63,741 nt of DNA from Spirochaetales bacterium (lineage in GTDB: Bacteria > Spirochaetota > Spirochaetia > JAIPGG01), in NCBI GenBank assembly GCA_021736255.1, contig JAIPGG010000005.1, positions 1-63,741 of the forward strand, given 5' to 3'. Made by a program: the position numbers and the translations under genes. This document shows positions 1 to 9,862 of this stretch, piece by piece; within the stretch, counting starts at the first letter, position 1; the number at the start of each line of letters is the position of its first letter. The notes under the pieces were generated by a model. The model did no database searches, was not told the origin of the DNA, and worked only from the letters and a program-made list of their open reading frames with translations.

Positions 1-64
1 CTTCAAGGAATTCAGAGAGGTAGTGCTCGAGGAACTGGAACGGCGGAAACAGACGAGGGAATAG
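1..64 (+). CDS. 3' end of a gene entering from the left edge (partial, ...FKEFREVVLEELERRKQTRE*)
   Basis: Open frame from nt 2 to TAG at 62-64, convergent with yjbQ; too short to assign. Confidence 0.4.
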   Translation, partial: FKEFREVVLEELERRKQTRE

Positions 65-92
65 GGAAAGGGATTATTCCCCCGGGTAGGGG

Positions 93-509
93 TTATTCCC
101 CGATGATCTTAACGAGCACCTTTTTCTTGCGTCTGCCGTCAAACTCACCATAAAAGATCTGTTCCCAGGGGCCGAAATCCAGACGGCCCTCGGTTACGGC
201 AACAACCACTTCCCGGCCCATCACCTGGCGCTTCATGTGGGCGTCGGCATTGTCTTCCATGCCGTTGTGAGCGTACTGTTCGACCGGTTCGTGAGGAGCG
301 AGTTTTTCGAGCCATTGATCGTAGTCCCGATGAAGCCCCGGTTCATCGTCGTTGATGAAGATACTTGCTGTAATGTGCATGGCATTAACCAGTACGAGCC
401 CTTCCTGCACTCCGCTTTTTTCGACCAACTCGCGTACGGTTGGGGTGATATTGATGAACTCTCGTCGTGTTTTGGTATTGAACCACAGATACTCGGTTAA
501 TGATTTCAT
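93..509 (-). CDS. yjbQ: YjbQ/UPF0047 family protein (secondary thiamine-phosphate synthase family)
   Basis: HITASI, NADAH and [15 protein letters not shown] motifs; ATG at 509 chosen (promoter-like TTGAAT-18-TATACT immediately upstream). Confidence 0.9.
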   Translation of the reverse strand: MKSLTEYLWFNTKTRREFINITPTVRELVEKSGVQEGLVLVNAMHITASIFINDDEPGLHRDYDQWLEKLAPHEPVEQYAHNGMEDNADAHMKRQVMGREVVVAVTEGRLDFGPWEQIFYGEFDGRRKKKVLVKIIGE

Positions 510-515
510 ACAAAC

Positions 516-545
516 AGTATACCAAAGCCTGCCTTCACCATTCAA
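516..545 (-). promoter_or_regulatory. sigma70-type promoter of yjbQ, probably leaderless
   Basis: TTGAAT-N18-TATACT-N6-ATG on the minus strand; no SD. Confidence 0.6.
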
Positions 546-1549
546 GCAGTCCGCGCGCTGCTTCGTCCTTTGCCGGAATCGTAAATGTTTACCAGCTCGA
601 GAGGGTAGGGCTGCAACAGCGTTTGGTCGATGAGGTACTGGTTATCGAATCGCACTGCCCAGCTCTTGAGGAGGTGAAGCGGTACGCTCAGAGGAACCCG
701 TTCGTCCCGGTATTCTTCGAGGGTATTGAGAAACAACTTCTTTTCTTCTCCCGAAAGGTCGTGTTTAAAACCGCCGAAGGCGTGTTGGAGCGAGTTGATC
801 ATGGCGGAATATTTCGGAGGCCCGTTCAAAAGCTCCGGCAGAAGGTTTCGGTACTCGTCGATGATATTCTTTTCCGGCAGCCGGTTGTGATTTGCAACGA
901 TGCGCCCGAGTTCGCGAAGGACAGGATCGTTATAGGCAAGAAAAAGCATTTTGTTCTGCTGGTGAAAGGCCACCAGCCCGCTGATCAGGCAGGAATTGTC
1001 TTCTTCAGAACAAACCTGCATGCGGAACCGGGCAAGGGTGTAGATAGAGGTCAGAAAGTGTTCACGGATCGTGAAATTCTTCAGTCGCCCCTCATCCTCG
1101 ATCGGAAACCCGCCGGATTCATCTTTCAGCCGTGCTCCGAAAAACCCGGAACTCTTACCGGCCTGTCCCGGTTGTTCGAAGGCATTAAAGACCTTAACAT
1201 CTCCGGGCCCGCAGGAAGGTGAGCGTGATTTCAGGATTGCCCCGTCGAACTGCGGTATTTTTTCGAACCACCTGTCTAAAAAATCATTCATTTTTTCGGT
1301 ATAATCTTTTCCTGTAGCCGGCTGAAAAAGGTGAAACTCTCCTTCCCATTCGACGAGGCGTACCGGTTCTCTGGGGGTTTCCAGGCCCATTTCGACTTCC
1401 GGGCATACGGTGACCGCTTCGATACTTTCTTTTAACTGTTCTACAAACTCGTCTTTGACAACCGCTGCGTTGTAGCGGCAGTTGTCGAATCCCAGGCAAC
1501 GGCTGATGAGTACTCTGGGTCGAGGTTCCGGATTTCCCTTATTCAACAA
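542..1549 (-). CDS. DUF523 (TudS-like 4Fe-4S thiouracil desulfidase) + DUF1722/YbgA fusion protein (RudS-like)
   Basis: [20 protein letters not shown] and LKSRSPSCG motifs; C-terminal [12 protein letters not shown] and [10 protein letters not shown]...YL..Q..LQPYP typical of YbgA. Confidence 0.85.
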   Translation of the reverse strand: MLNKGNPEPRPRVLISRCLGFDNCRYNAAVVKDEFVEQLKESIEAVTVCPEVEMGLETPREPVRLVEWEGEFHLFQPATGKDYTEKMNDFLDRWFEKIPQFDGAILKSRSPSCGPGDVKVFNAFEQPGQAGKSSGFFGARLKDESGGFPIEDEGRLKNFTIREHFLTSIYTLARFRMQVCSEEDNSCLISGLVAFHQQNKMLFLAYNDPVLRELGRIVANHNRLPEKNIIDEYRNLLPELLNGPPKYSAMINSLQHAFGGFKHDLSGEEKKLFLNTLEEYRDERVPLSVPLHLLKSWAVRFDNQYLIDQTLLQPYPLELVNIYDSGKGRSSARTA

Positions 1550-2294
1550 ATCTCACCTCACTGAATCCTGTATCTTCGAGGAACCGGCGGATAAATTGCC
1601 GGCCGTTCTTTTCTGCAGTTTCGAGGAGGCCGGTCTGTTCTACCTGCTCTCTTACCGTCAGCGAGGCAAGCTCGGCCAGATCCTTCCATACGTCCGGCGG
1701 TATCTCTATATCCGGGTAGCCATAATCGAAACTCGTGGAATCTTCCGTCCGTACCTCCAGGACTTGGGCCTTTGGAAGACGCAGATAGAGTAAACGATTA
1801 CTGTCGTTTTCTTCAATCCGTACGAACTGTTCCAAACGATCTTCGGAGATGTCCGCCGGATCCCGGAACACCGTATCGGTGAGATCATAGCCGGCCCGGA
1901 CAATGGTGGTTATCACCACGAATTTCCCCTCTTCCTTTTCCAGCTGGATGCCGGCCCGGCTTGCAAGGTTGTGTATAGCCATGAGCCGCCGTTCTCGGTC
2001 GGTCAAGCCTTTGTTTTCCAGGCTCTTGCGGCGCATCCTCTCGGTAAAAACGGACCAGGAAAAACCAGTTTCGGTATAATCGTAGGGAAAGACGCTTTTG
2101 TAGACATACTCTACCGTGTGAAGCTCGAAAATGTCATGGACTTCCTGGAGTACCGAGACGGCGACCTCTCTGGTTTCGCTGTGTTTTGGATTGAGATTCG
2201 GCAGGAAACCCTGCCGGCTGAGGTAGAAGAGCGCTGCCAAGGCAGCGGCTGCGAGGAGGATACTCCCAACGACCCTGCGCAGGAGGCGTTTCAT
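1539..2294 (-). CDS. DUF4230 family membrane-anchored protein
   Basis: N-terminal TM; [46 protein letters not shown]. Confidence 0.7.
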   Translation of the reverse strand: MKRLLRRVVGSILLAAAALAALFYLSRQGFLPNLNPKHSETREVAVSVLQEVHDIFELHTVEYVYKSVFPYDYTETGFSWSVFTERMRRKSLENKGLTDRERRLMAIHNLASRAGIQLEKEEGKFVVITTIVRAGYDLTDTVFRDPADISEDRLEQFVRIEENDSNRLLYLRLPKAQVLEVRTEDSTSFDYGYPDIEIPPDVWKDLAELASLTVREQVEQTGLLETAEKNGRQFIRRFLEDTGFSEVRFVE

Positions 2295-2914
2295 GGCTCC
2301 TCCTCTTTCTTCCGAACTCCGCTTTGAGCGCTTCGGAAGGTGATCGTCTGAAATCCGGAGTATTCGAGAAGGTTGGTCAGCAGCTGTTTCGCATTTTCCT
2401 CGGCCCGAAGCAAAATGCCTCGTTTCACTGCATCGTTTCGGATGCTTTCTTTCTGGGCATCGATGACATCATAGTATTCGAGACGGCTGACCCTTTCCCC
2501 GTATTCCCGGATGTAGTACTGGCGTATCGTCGACTCATCGGCATCTATTACGAGGATTTCCGGCGGCGGGAGAAAAATGACGAGTTCCCCCTCGCTCCCC
2601 GGCTCGATACGCAATCCGTTCGAGAAGTCGATTCCCGCCTGAACCCGTACTTCTATGGAAAACAGGATCTCCTTGTTTACCGTCGGAATGAACCAGAACC
2701 TTTCGTTTTTCCCGTAGTAAATGATATCCCGGTAGATATGTTCGAAGGTGGGCATCTGGAGGAGGTTTTTTACCCTGCTCTCGACTTCCTGGTGACTGAT
2801 CCGGTTTTCCTTCGGGGAACATCCTGGAAAAAGCATGGCTGAAAGCAGCAGGGTTGAAGCAAGCAAGAAGAAAGCCGCCGTTCTCCTCAGCGAAGATGTG
2901 CGTTTTTTTGGCAT
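2291..2914 (-). CDS. DUF4230 family protein, possible lipoprotein
   Basis: Signal with LFPGC; VQAGIDFS, LPPPEIL, AEENAKQLLTNLLEYSGFQTITF; ATGA overlap with the downstream paralog. Confidence 0.75.
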   Translation of the reverse strand: MPKKRTSSLRRTAAFFLLASTLLLSAMLFPGCSPKENRISHQEVESRVKNLLQMPTFEHIYRDIIYYGKNERFWFIPTVNKEILFSIEVRVQAGIDFSNGLRIEPGSEGELVIFLPPPEILVIDADESTIRQYYIREYGERVSRLEYYDVIDAQKESIRNDAVKRGILLRAEENAKQLLTNLLEYSGFQTITFRSAQSGVRKKEEEP

Positions 2915-2993
2915 TTCCTTTTCATTGTAGTCTCCGCCGCCCCAGGGGACAAGTCGAATTTTTCCGGAAGGCATACCGGCGAAGAACGGGGGA

Positions 2994-3596
2994 TCAGTCC
3001 AGGAAGCGGAGAAACTCCCGCATCATTTCGTCGTAGTTTTGAACTACTGGAAACTCGGGTCGTTCAAGAACGATCGATTCGGGAGGGCGGAAAAGTACTC
3101 CGTGGTCGGCCTCCTCGAGCATGCTCAGGTCGTTGTAGGAGTCGCCCGAAGCGATTACCTCGAAACCGGTGGCCTTGAGGTTCAGGACTGCTTTTCGTTT
3201 TCCGTCCTTCTGTCTAAGGGTGTACCCGCTGATGGCCCCGTCGCTGTCCACCTTCAGGGTGTTGCAGAAGAGGGTAGGCCAGTCGAGGCTGCGCATGAGG
3301 GGTTTTGCAAACTGTTCGAAGGTGTCCGAAAGGATGATTACCTGGGTGCGGGAACGCAGTTCCAGGAGAAACTCATAGGCGCCCTCCAGCGGGTGCAGGC
3401 TGTCTATCACGCTCTGAATATCCGGAAGTTTGAGTCCATGCTCCGAGAGGATACCCAGGCGGTATTGCATCAATTCGTCGTAATCGGGGACGTCCCGGGT
3501 TGTCTTTTTCAGAGCCTCGATGCCGGTTTTTTCTGCAAAGGCTATCCATATCTCCGGGACTAATACTCCCTCGAGATCCATACATACCAGCTGCAT
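2994..3596 (-). CDS. thrH: Phosphoserine phosphatase / phosphoserine:homoserine phosphotransferase (HAD family)
   Basis: MQLVCMDLEGVLVPEIWIAFAEKTGI, ILSDTF, GDSYND; SD AGGAG before ATG 3596; TTGCAG-17-TATAGT upstream. Confidence 0.92.
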   Translation of the reverse strand: MQLVCMDLEGVLVPEIWIAFAEKTGIEALKKTTRDVPDYDELMQYRLGILSEHGLKLPDIQSVIDSLHPLEGAYEFLLELRSRTQVIILSDTFEQFAKPLMRSLDWPTLFCNTLKVDSDGAISGYTLRQKDGKRKAVLNLKATGFEVIASGDSYNDLSMLEEADHGVLFRPPESIVLERPEFPVVQNYDEMMREFLRFLD

Positions 3597-3888
3597 GCTG
3601 TTCTCCTGTAGCTTCCAATCTTTATGTTCCGCACTATACCCGAGGAAGGGTCGGTCTGCAAGTCTGCGGTCTGCTGGCCCTGCAAACCCTGTTTGGGGCT
3701 GAGCTCGGGATTTTCCTATCGAGGTCGTTCCCCCTTTACATTTTTTTTGCTTTCTGTCATTGTCCTCTTTGTATCTATGGGTAGAAACGCATGGAGCCGG
3801 CGGGCCCGGCAATGTATGCGGGTTCGGCTCTGTCTGCAGGCTTTTTCCGGGTACGAGTAAAGGGATGGAGAAAACAGGAGGATCGAAG

Positions 3889-4929
3889 ATGAAGAATTAC
3901 GCGAAAGTGTTCATTATTGTGCTGGCTCTGATGGCGGCCGCTGCTATGCCGCTGATTGCCGGAGGGCAGCAGGAGGCGCCTCAGGAAGAAGAGGCTGCCG
4001 AGGAATCTGCTGAAGCGTATCAGGTCGGGATTGCGAAGTTCGTATCGCATCCGGCTCTTGATGCTATAGAACAAGGAATCATGGACGAGCTCGATGAATT
4101 GGGAGTGAATGCGGAGTTTGATCTGCAGAATGCCAATGCTGATATGACAACCGCCGCTTCCATTGCCAACAAATTCAAGGCCGACGAGGTCGATCTCGTC
4201 GTGGGTATTGCTACCCCAACCGCCCAGGCTCTGGTAAACACCTTCAAGGATACCCCGGTTATCTATTCGGCGGTAACCGATCCGGTTGATGCCGGTCTGG
4301 TCGATTCCTACGATGAAGGCGGCGCCAATGTAACAGGTGCCTCGGATATGACTCCTGTTCGACAGCAGATCGAGTTTCTTGCCGATCTTATTGATCTTGA
4401 AACCCTCGGACATGTCTATTCCAGCAGCGAGGCGAATGCAGTGAGATTGGCGGAGCTTGCCAGGGAAGCCTGCGAAGATCTCGGTATCGAGTTTGTCGAG
4501 TCGACCGTGCAGAACTCCGCCGAGGTAAAACAGGCTACACAGTCAATCGTCGGACGGGTCGACGGCATCTACGTCAGTAACGACAACACGGTTGTTTCCG
4601 CTCTCGGATCTCTCAGCAACACCGCGCGGCAGGCGGGAGTGCCGGTTATGTCGGCCGATCCCTCCTCTGCAGAGACCTACGATGTTCTGGCGGCATGGGG
4701 CTTTAACTACTACAAGATGGGACGGGCAACAGGAAAGATCATCAAGGATGTTCTGGAAGGAACGCCTACCTCGGAGATCCCGACCCGCTTTATGACTAGT
4801 CAGGAAGACATCGAGCTCCTTCTGAATCTGGATCTGGCCGAAGAGATGGGGATAGAGTTTCCCGAAAAAACCATCGAAAACGCTGCTACCCTGGTAAAAG
4901 ACGGCGAAGTAATCAAGCAGAACGAATAG
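3889..4929 (+). CDS. ABC transporter substrate-binding protein (ABC_sub_bind / TrpX-like, aromatic amino acid type)
   Basis: Signal peptide; VSHPALD, GIATPTAQA, SAVTDPV, NVTGASD, DNTVVS motifs; SD AGGAGG before ATG 3889. Confidence 0.88.
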   Translation: MKNYAKVFIIVLALMAAAAMPLIAGGQQEAPQEEEAAEESAEAYQVGIAKFVSHPALDAIEQGIMDELDELGVNAEFDLQNANADMTTAASIANKFKADEVDLVVGIATPTAQALVNTFKDTPVIYSAVTDPVDAGLVDSYDEGGANVTGASDMTPVRQQIEFLADLIDLETLGHVYSSSEANAVRLAELAREACEDLGIEFVESTVQNSAEVKQATQSIVGRVDGIYVSNDNTVVSALGSLSNTARQAGVPVMSADPSSAETYDVLAAWGFNYYKMGRATGKIIKDVLEGTPTSEIPTRFMTSQEDIELLLNLDLAEEMGIEFPEKTIENAATLVKDGEVIKQNE

Positions 4930-4943
4930 CAGTAGTATTGTAA

Positions 4944-5963
4944 ATGATTGAAGGAATATTTGTCGAAGGACTTATATATGGAATCCTGGCCCTGGGGGTG
5001 TTTATCACCTTCAGGGTCCTTGATTTCCCCGACCTCACCGTCGACGGATCGTTTCCCCTGGGAGCGGCGGTAGGTGCAATCCTGATAGCGAACGGGGTGG
5101 AACCCTGGTTTGCCGTGATTGCTGCCTTCGGTGCCGGGTTGCTGGCCGGGTTCGTCACGGCGGTTATCCATAACCGCCTCCACGTTCCGCACCTTTTGGC
5201 AGGGATCCTGACGATGACCATGCTCTATTCGATCAATATTCGGGTGCTCGGCAACCGGGCCAACCTTCCCCTGATCCGGGAGGAAACCATTCTGACCCGG
5301 GTCACCGGATTGCTGGAGGGATTCGGCACTCCCGACAGTATTGCCCTGCTGCTGTTTTTTATCGTGCTGGTGATCGGGATCATGCTTCTTCTGGATCTCT
5401 TTTTTGTGACCGATCTGGGGTTGACGATCGGAGCCCTCGGCAATAATCAGCAGATGGTCCTCTCTCAGGGGGTAAACCCGGCCCATTTGAAATTGATCGG
5501 TGTAGGGCTCTCAAACGGTCTCGTGTCGCTTGCCGGGGCTTTTGCCGCCCAGTACCAGGGTTTTGCGGATGTGAGCCTGGGGCAGGGAATCATCGTTACC
5601 GGGTTGGCATCGGTGATGATCGGAGAGTTTCTTCTGCGGTCGAACCGCATCGTTCTACTGACACTGCGGGTGGTGCTCGGAGCAATCGTCTTCAAGGGTA
5701 TCATGTTTCTCGGGCGTTACTATGGCTACCACATCAACCTCACGCCGAACGATCTCAAACTGATTACCGGTATTCTGATCATTATTTCCCTTATCATCAC
5801 CACCTTTGGACAAAGAGGAAAGAAGACAGCCAGGGAAAGTGTGATGCGGGCGCTTGAGGGAAGTCTGGGCGGTAAACCGGCCGTTCAGACGGCTTCAACA
5901 GGAGGAACCCCTGACGGCGGGGACCGGAGTTCGTCAAAGGACGGCAACAATGCTCAGACTTGA
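4944..5963 (+). CDS. ABC transporter permease
   Basis: LDFPDLTVDGSFPLG, LLAGILTM, GLSNGLVSLAGA, multiple TM helices; long polar C-terminal tail. Confidence 0.9.
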   Translation: MIEGIFVEGLIYGILALGVFITFRVLDFPDLTVDGSFPLGAAVGAILIANGVEPWFAVIAAFGAGLLAGFVTAVIHNRLHVPHLLAGILTMTMLYSINIRVLGNRANLPLIREETILTRVTGLLEGFGTPDSIALLLFFIVLVIGIMLLLDLFFVTDLGLTIGALGNNQQMVLSQGVNPAHLKLIGVGLSNGLVSLAGAFAAQYQGFADVSLGQGIIVTGLASVMIGEFLLRSNRIVLLTLRVVLGAIVFKGIMFLGRYYGYHINLTPNDLKLITGILIIISLIITTFGQRGKKTARESVMRALEGSLGGKPAVQTASTGGTPDGGDRSSSKDGNNAQT

Positions 5964-6744
5964 TTCTACTACGCAGGTCTTCCACCCCGGAACGGCAAAC
6001 GAAAACGCCGCCATCAGAGACGTCAGCCTCGATGTGCACGAGGGTGATTTCATCACCATCATCGGGAGCAACGGGGCCGGAAAAACGACTCTCTTCAATC
6101 TGATCTCGGGGACCGTTCTTCCGACGGCGGGTACGGTCACCTACCGGGACCGCGACATCAGCCGGGTGCCGGAATACAAGCGGGCATCCTTTATCGGGCG
6201 GATTTTCCAGGATCCCATGCTGGGGACGGCTTCCAATATGACCCTCGAGGACAACATGATGATCTCCTACCGGAAGGGCTTCAGGGGGCTCCGGCGGAGC
6301 CTGGACAGAAAGATGCGGGCGTATTTCCGAGAGCGTCTTTCCACCCTGGAGATGGGGCTCGAAGACCGGATGCGGGACAATGTGGGACTGCTTTCGGGAG
6401 GACAGCGGCAGGCGGTAACCCTATTAATGATGGTGCTCTCTCAGCCGGGGCTCATCCTTCTCGACGAGCACACCGCCGCTCTCGATCCTACGAATGCGGA
6501 GATCGTGCTGAACTTGACCATGCGCTTTGTCGAGGAGTATCAACTGACAACCATGATGATCACCCATAACATGGCGCAGGCAATTAAATACGGAAATCGG
6601 CTTCTGATGATGGACAACGGAGAGATTATCCTCGATGTATCAGGGAAGGAGAAACAGTCACTGACGGTGGACGAACTGGTTCGGCGTTTTCACGAGATCC
6701 GTCACCGGGAGCTCGCCACCGACGAGGTTCTGCTCAGCGAATAG
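5950..6744 (+). CDS. ABC transporter ATP-binding protein
   Basis: Walker A GSNGAGKT, signature LSGGQ, LLDEHTAALDP, ITH. Confidence 0.92.
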   Translation: MLRLDSTTQVFHPGTANENAAIRDVSLDVHEGDFITIIGSNGAGKTTLFNLISGTVLPTAGTVTYRDRDISRVPEYKRASFIGRIFQDPMLGTASNMTLEDNMMISYRKGFRGLRRSLDRKMRAYFRERLSTLEMGLEDRMRDNVGLLSGGQRQAVTLLMMVLSQPGLILLDEHTAALDPTNAEIVLNLTMRFVEEYQLTTMMITHNMAQAIKYGNRLLMMDNGEIILDVSGKEKQSLTVDELVRRFHEIRHRELATDEVLLSE

Positions 6745-6792
6745 CGGTTGCCGGAAAAGACCTCGATTCACAAGAGCCGGCGGCCCTTCGGC

Positions 6793-6897
6793 ACCTTCCG
6801 GTCCAAAGTCTATAGTCAGAACGAAGGCTGGTTTCCTGGCTTTGGGCAAGGGATTCACATCCACCACCGTACCGACGCGGATTTCACTCTCCATCAA
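6793..6897 (-). pseudogene. csaA: Remnant of a csaA-like tRNA-binding/secretion chaperone gene (about 35 codons)
   Basis: EIRVGTVVDVNPLPKARKPAFVLTIDFGPEG matches the CsaA N-terminus; similarity ends abruptly and no KKSSAQIT-type continuation follows in any frame. Confidence 0.7.
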
Positions 6898-6900
6898 GGA

Positions 6901-7596
6901 TTAACTGCTGAACCGTTCGTGATAATAGCGACGGAAATCCTCCCAGTCGATCGGATCGCCGTGACCAGGATATGCCGTCCGGATATCTTCATCGAGCAGA
7001 CGTTTCCAGCTTTCCTGCAGGGCTTCACTGTCGTCGGCGAACGGGGGGTAGTATCGTCTGCGAATCAGGTGAAACAGGGTGTCCCCGCAAAAAAGGGCCC
7101 CGTCTTCGGTGATGATCCCGAGAGAACCCGCCGTGTGACCAGGCAGAAAAACCGCCCGTCCGTTGAAACCGTAGGGGGCAAGATCAGTGTCTTCCTGGAT
7201 TACGACATCAGGCTTGACAGGAGGGAAGGAGCCCGCCTTCGGAGCAAGGCTCGCAAGTCCGATCATTATCCGCCAGAGAGGTCCTGTGCCCTTCGGCATA
7301 TCCTTGAACCCTGCCTCCAGGGAGGCTGCTTCGTGTGCATGAACCATAACCGGGGCTCCGCTCAGCCGCTTGATCTCTGCCAAGCTTCCCGTGTGATCGG
7401 AGTGTCCGTGGGTGATTACGATGAGTTTGATGTCCCCCGGCTTGGCGTTCAACCGAGAAAGGACGGAAGTTATGTCTTTGATCGATTTTTTCAGTCCGGC
7501 ATCGACAAGAAGATATCCGGAGGGACTCCCGTAGAGATACATTGATGCTTTCCCGCTGTGGATGGAAACTACCTTGTTCTGTTCCTGTTCCGCCAT
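6901..7596 (-). CDS. MBL-fold metallo-hydrolase
   Basis: LVDAG, ITHGHSDHTG (HxHxDH), PGHTAGS, GDTLF, PGHG; start MAEQEQ at 7596. Confidence 0.9.
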   Translation of the reverse strand: MAEQEQNKVVSIHSGKASMYLYGSPSGYLLVDAGLKKSIKDITSVLSRLNAKPGDIKLIVITHGHSDHTGSLAEIKRLSGAPVMVHAHEAASLEAGFKDMPKGTGPLWRIMIGLASLAPKAGSFPPVKPDVVIQEDTDLAPYGFNGRAVFLPGHTAGSLGIITEDGALFCGDTLFHLIRRRYYPPFADDSEALQESWKRLLDEDIRTAYPGHGDPIDWEDFRRYYHERFSS

Positions 7597-7643
7597 TTCC
7601 CTAACTCCATGTACGCTTTTTCTGCCGCGTTTGTCTGCGCCTC

Positions 7644-9857
7644 TCAGCCGACTCTGCAGCTTTCGACGATCTCCCGTGCCTTGGTTGACGACTCCCGCTC
7701 GGGACGTTTTTCCGCCTCCGCTTCTGTCTTTGCCAGCACCTGGTAGTAGAGCTCCCATGCCTTTTTCTGCCGGGCATATTCGCGGCCGACAAAGTTTTCC
7801 CGCTTTTTGTTGAAAAGGGGAAAGAGTTTTTCCGCGGCGAGTTCGAGTACCCGGCGGACCTCCTCTTCCCGCTGCTTCCAGCCGATTTCTGAGTGCAGCC
7901 CCTGCACCTCTTTTTCTTCAACCCCGGTATCACCTGTCAGAATCTTTCCGCAATAGATGATCAACCGGAGGAAAATCTGGCTGATCGGCCGGTTGCTTGC
8001 AAAACAGCCGGTAAAGGGGTCGATCTCTTCTTTGCAGCGTTCGGTGTCCCAGGGAAGAATGGAGAGGTAGCGGGAGTAGAGCCATGTTCGGACCAGATCT
8101 CCCACGAAACGCCCGTGTTCGGCGGACTTGATGGACTCTCCGGCGAAGGCTTCCTTGTCGTGCCTCATAATCAATCCGGGTTTGTGAACATACCGCAGGA
8201 AGGGGCCGCCGGTGCTGTCGGTGTCTTCCTTTCCGTCGTAGAGCACCGACAGAATATAGGCCTGGTCCTCCGCCCTCCCGATGAAGGAAGGAGTGAAGGG
8301 GCGGTACCGGCGCAGATGGTCTATCAGGATTCCGTTTGTCCCGCCGGTAACGTGGAAGCGCTGAATGCAGCGGGTCTTCCCGTCGAGAGAGGAATCTGTG
8401 TAGCGGGTCATCATTTCGGCTTCGGTGCTGACGGCCATAGGAAGCCGTTTACAGAAAACCGCATCCTCTCCCGGCTCCGTTGTCTTTGGAAGGTGCACGT
8501 CAGGGGTGAAAAGACCCGTGCCGATATCGCTCTCGTTTACCAGGGCCCCGGCGATCATTCCCAATTCCACCGAATCTCCCCGCTCATCGACACCCCGGGC
8601 CCCCCACAGAGGCGAGCTGAAGTGTTCGAGGGCAGATTCTCCGCTTTCTTGTTCCAGTTCCCTTTGAGGAAAAACCTGGTCCAGATCGATTTTGAAGGTG
8701 GCCCGCACGGAAGGGTCGATGAAAACCTGCCAGAATGCGGCAACGGCCTTGAGAAATGAATAGTGACGGCCGTATTCGCCGTCAACCCCGAAGACACGTC
8801 GAAGATTGTCGGCATCCTGTTCAGCCTCCTGCCGGTCCCCGGCCTCTGCCGAAGGCAGGCGGACAGCGATCACCTCGTCTATGATCCTTCGGCACTCTGT
8901 TTCCGTGAAAAGGTAGATATCCAGATGATCGAAAGGACCTCCTCGATCGAGTTCTCCTTTCATGTATTCCTTGGCAATGCTGTGCAGACCCTCGTGGGTT
9001 ACCGAGAGGCTCAAGAGCACGGTGACCTTTGCCCCTGCATCAACCCGCCCCGTCTCTTTTTCCCGGGCAATTGCCTGGTCCAGTCCCCGCATTCCGTAGA
9101 CGGCCTCGTTGCTCTCGGTGTCCACGCCGATGTGGATGGGATGGTCGTAATGATAGAGCTGGGGCTCGCCCGCTACCGATCTGAGCTGTTCCTTCAGGCT
9201 GTCCGGATAGTCGAGCCCGTCGATCGTATCGATTTCGGCGGGCAGGGTGATAAGAATATTCGATGTGAAAATGAGCTCTGCAGCGGGGTTTTCGAGGGGA
9301 TTGGGGTTGAGGGAGGTGATGGAAACCGTCCGCCGCCGTCGAAGTTCTTCGATTTTTGCTTCGGGGGCCTCCATCAGGCCGACCCCTTCGGGGAAGAAGA
9401 CCTTCCAGATGGCCTCTCTGATCTCCGGGGTCCAGGCAGTCCGGCCCCCTTCGGGGATCAAGGATGCTGCCTCTTCGACGGCATCATGAAAGCGGCTGTC
9501 ATGTTTGTAGAGCTTGTCCAGTTCCATGCGCATCAGCCGGGCGCCCTTGTGCAGGAATTTCCCGCTGACCCCTGCTGCTTTCGGGGGTGTGTCGGTACAG
9601 CCCTCGACCCCTTCGGTGGCAAGCTGTTCTGCAAAGGCCCTGAGCATAGCCGCTATGCCGGTTTCCGGGAGGCGGGAAAAGTCGGTGCCTCCGAGGGGGA
9701 CGGTGCTTGCGAGCGGGACGGTGCCTTCCGGTGTGCCGGAGGCGCGAGCCGACCCGCTGCCGGAAGCCTTTGCCTCCGCACTGCCAATTCCTCTGTCGGG
9801 GCAAAGAAGAGCGCGGAATATTCGAGCGAACGAAGCGTTTAAGTGTATGCCTGCCAT
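7644..9857 (-). CDS. Uncharacterised 737-aa protein with GT-A-like motifs
   Basis: Long protein-like ORF; KIDLDQ, TGGTNG, FIGRAEDQ, MRHDK; fold assignment is inference. Confidence 0.75.
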   Translation of the reverse strand: MAGIHLNASFARIFRALLCPDRGIGSAEAKASGSGSARASGTPEGTVPLASTVPLGGTDFSRLPETGIAAMLRAFAEQLATEGVEGCTDTPPKAAGVSGKFLHKGARLMRMELDKLYKHDSRFHDAVEEAASLIPEGGRTAWTPEIREAIWKVFFPEGVGLMEAPEAKIEELRRRRTVSITSLNPNPLENPAAELIFTSNILITLPAEIDTIDGLDYPDSLKEQLRSVAGEPQLYHYDHPIHIGVDTESNEAVYGMRGLDQAIAREKETGRVDAGAKVTVLLSLSVTHEGLHSIAKEYMKGELDRGGPFDHLDIYLFTETECRRIIDEVIAVRLPSAEAGDRQEAEQDADNLRRVFGVDGEYGRHYSFLKAVAAFWQVFIDPSVRATFKIDLDQVFPQRELEQESGESALEHFSSPLWGARGVDERGDSVELGMIAGALVNESDIGTGLFTPDVHLPKTTEPGEDAVFCKRLPMAVSTEAEMMTRYTDSSLDGKTRCIQRFHVTGGTNGILIDHLRRYRPFTPSFIGRAEDQAYILSVLYDGKEDTDSTGGPFLRYVHKPGLIMRHDKEAFAGESIKSAEHGRFVGDLVRTWLYSRYLSILPWDTERCKEEIDPFTGCFASNRPISQIFLRLIIYCGKILTGDTGVEEKEVQGLHSEIGWKQREEEVRRVLELAAEKLFPLFNKKRENFVGREYARQKKAWELYYQVLAKTEAEAEKRPERESSTKAREIVESCRVG
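9683..9724. repeat. Three degenerate 18-bp-period repeats (core CGGTGC) in the N-terminal linker of the 737-aa protein
   Basis: CGGTGC at 9683, 9701 and 9719; GGGACGGTGC exact at 9697 and 9715; encodes TVPLAS-TVPLGG. Confidence 0.6.
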
Positions 9858-9862
9858 GGTCT

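Noticed and set aside
3597-3888. T-box or riboswitch upstream of the TrpX-like ABC transporter
   Set aside because: No T-box consensus (TGGNACC) or antiterminator/terminator pair found; the GTCTGC repeats at 3654-3676 are short, irregular and overlap the thrH -35
6658-6897. Complete 79-aa gene as listed in the ORF track
   Set aside because: Only the first 35 or so codons are CsaA-like; the rest runs antisense into the ABC ATPase gene
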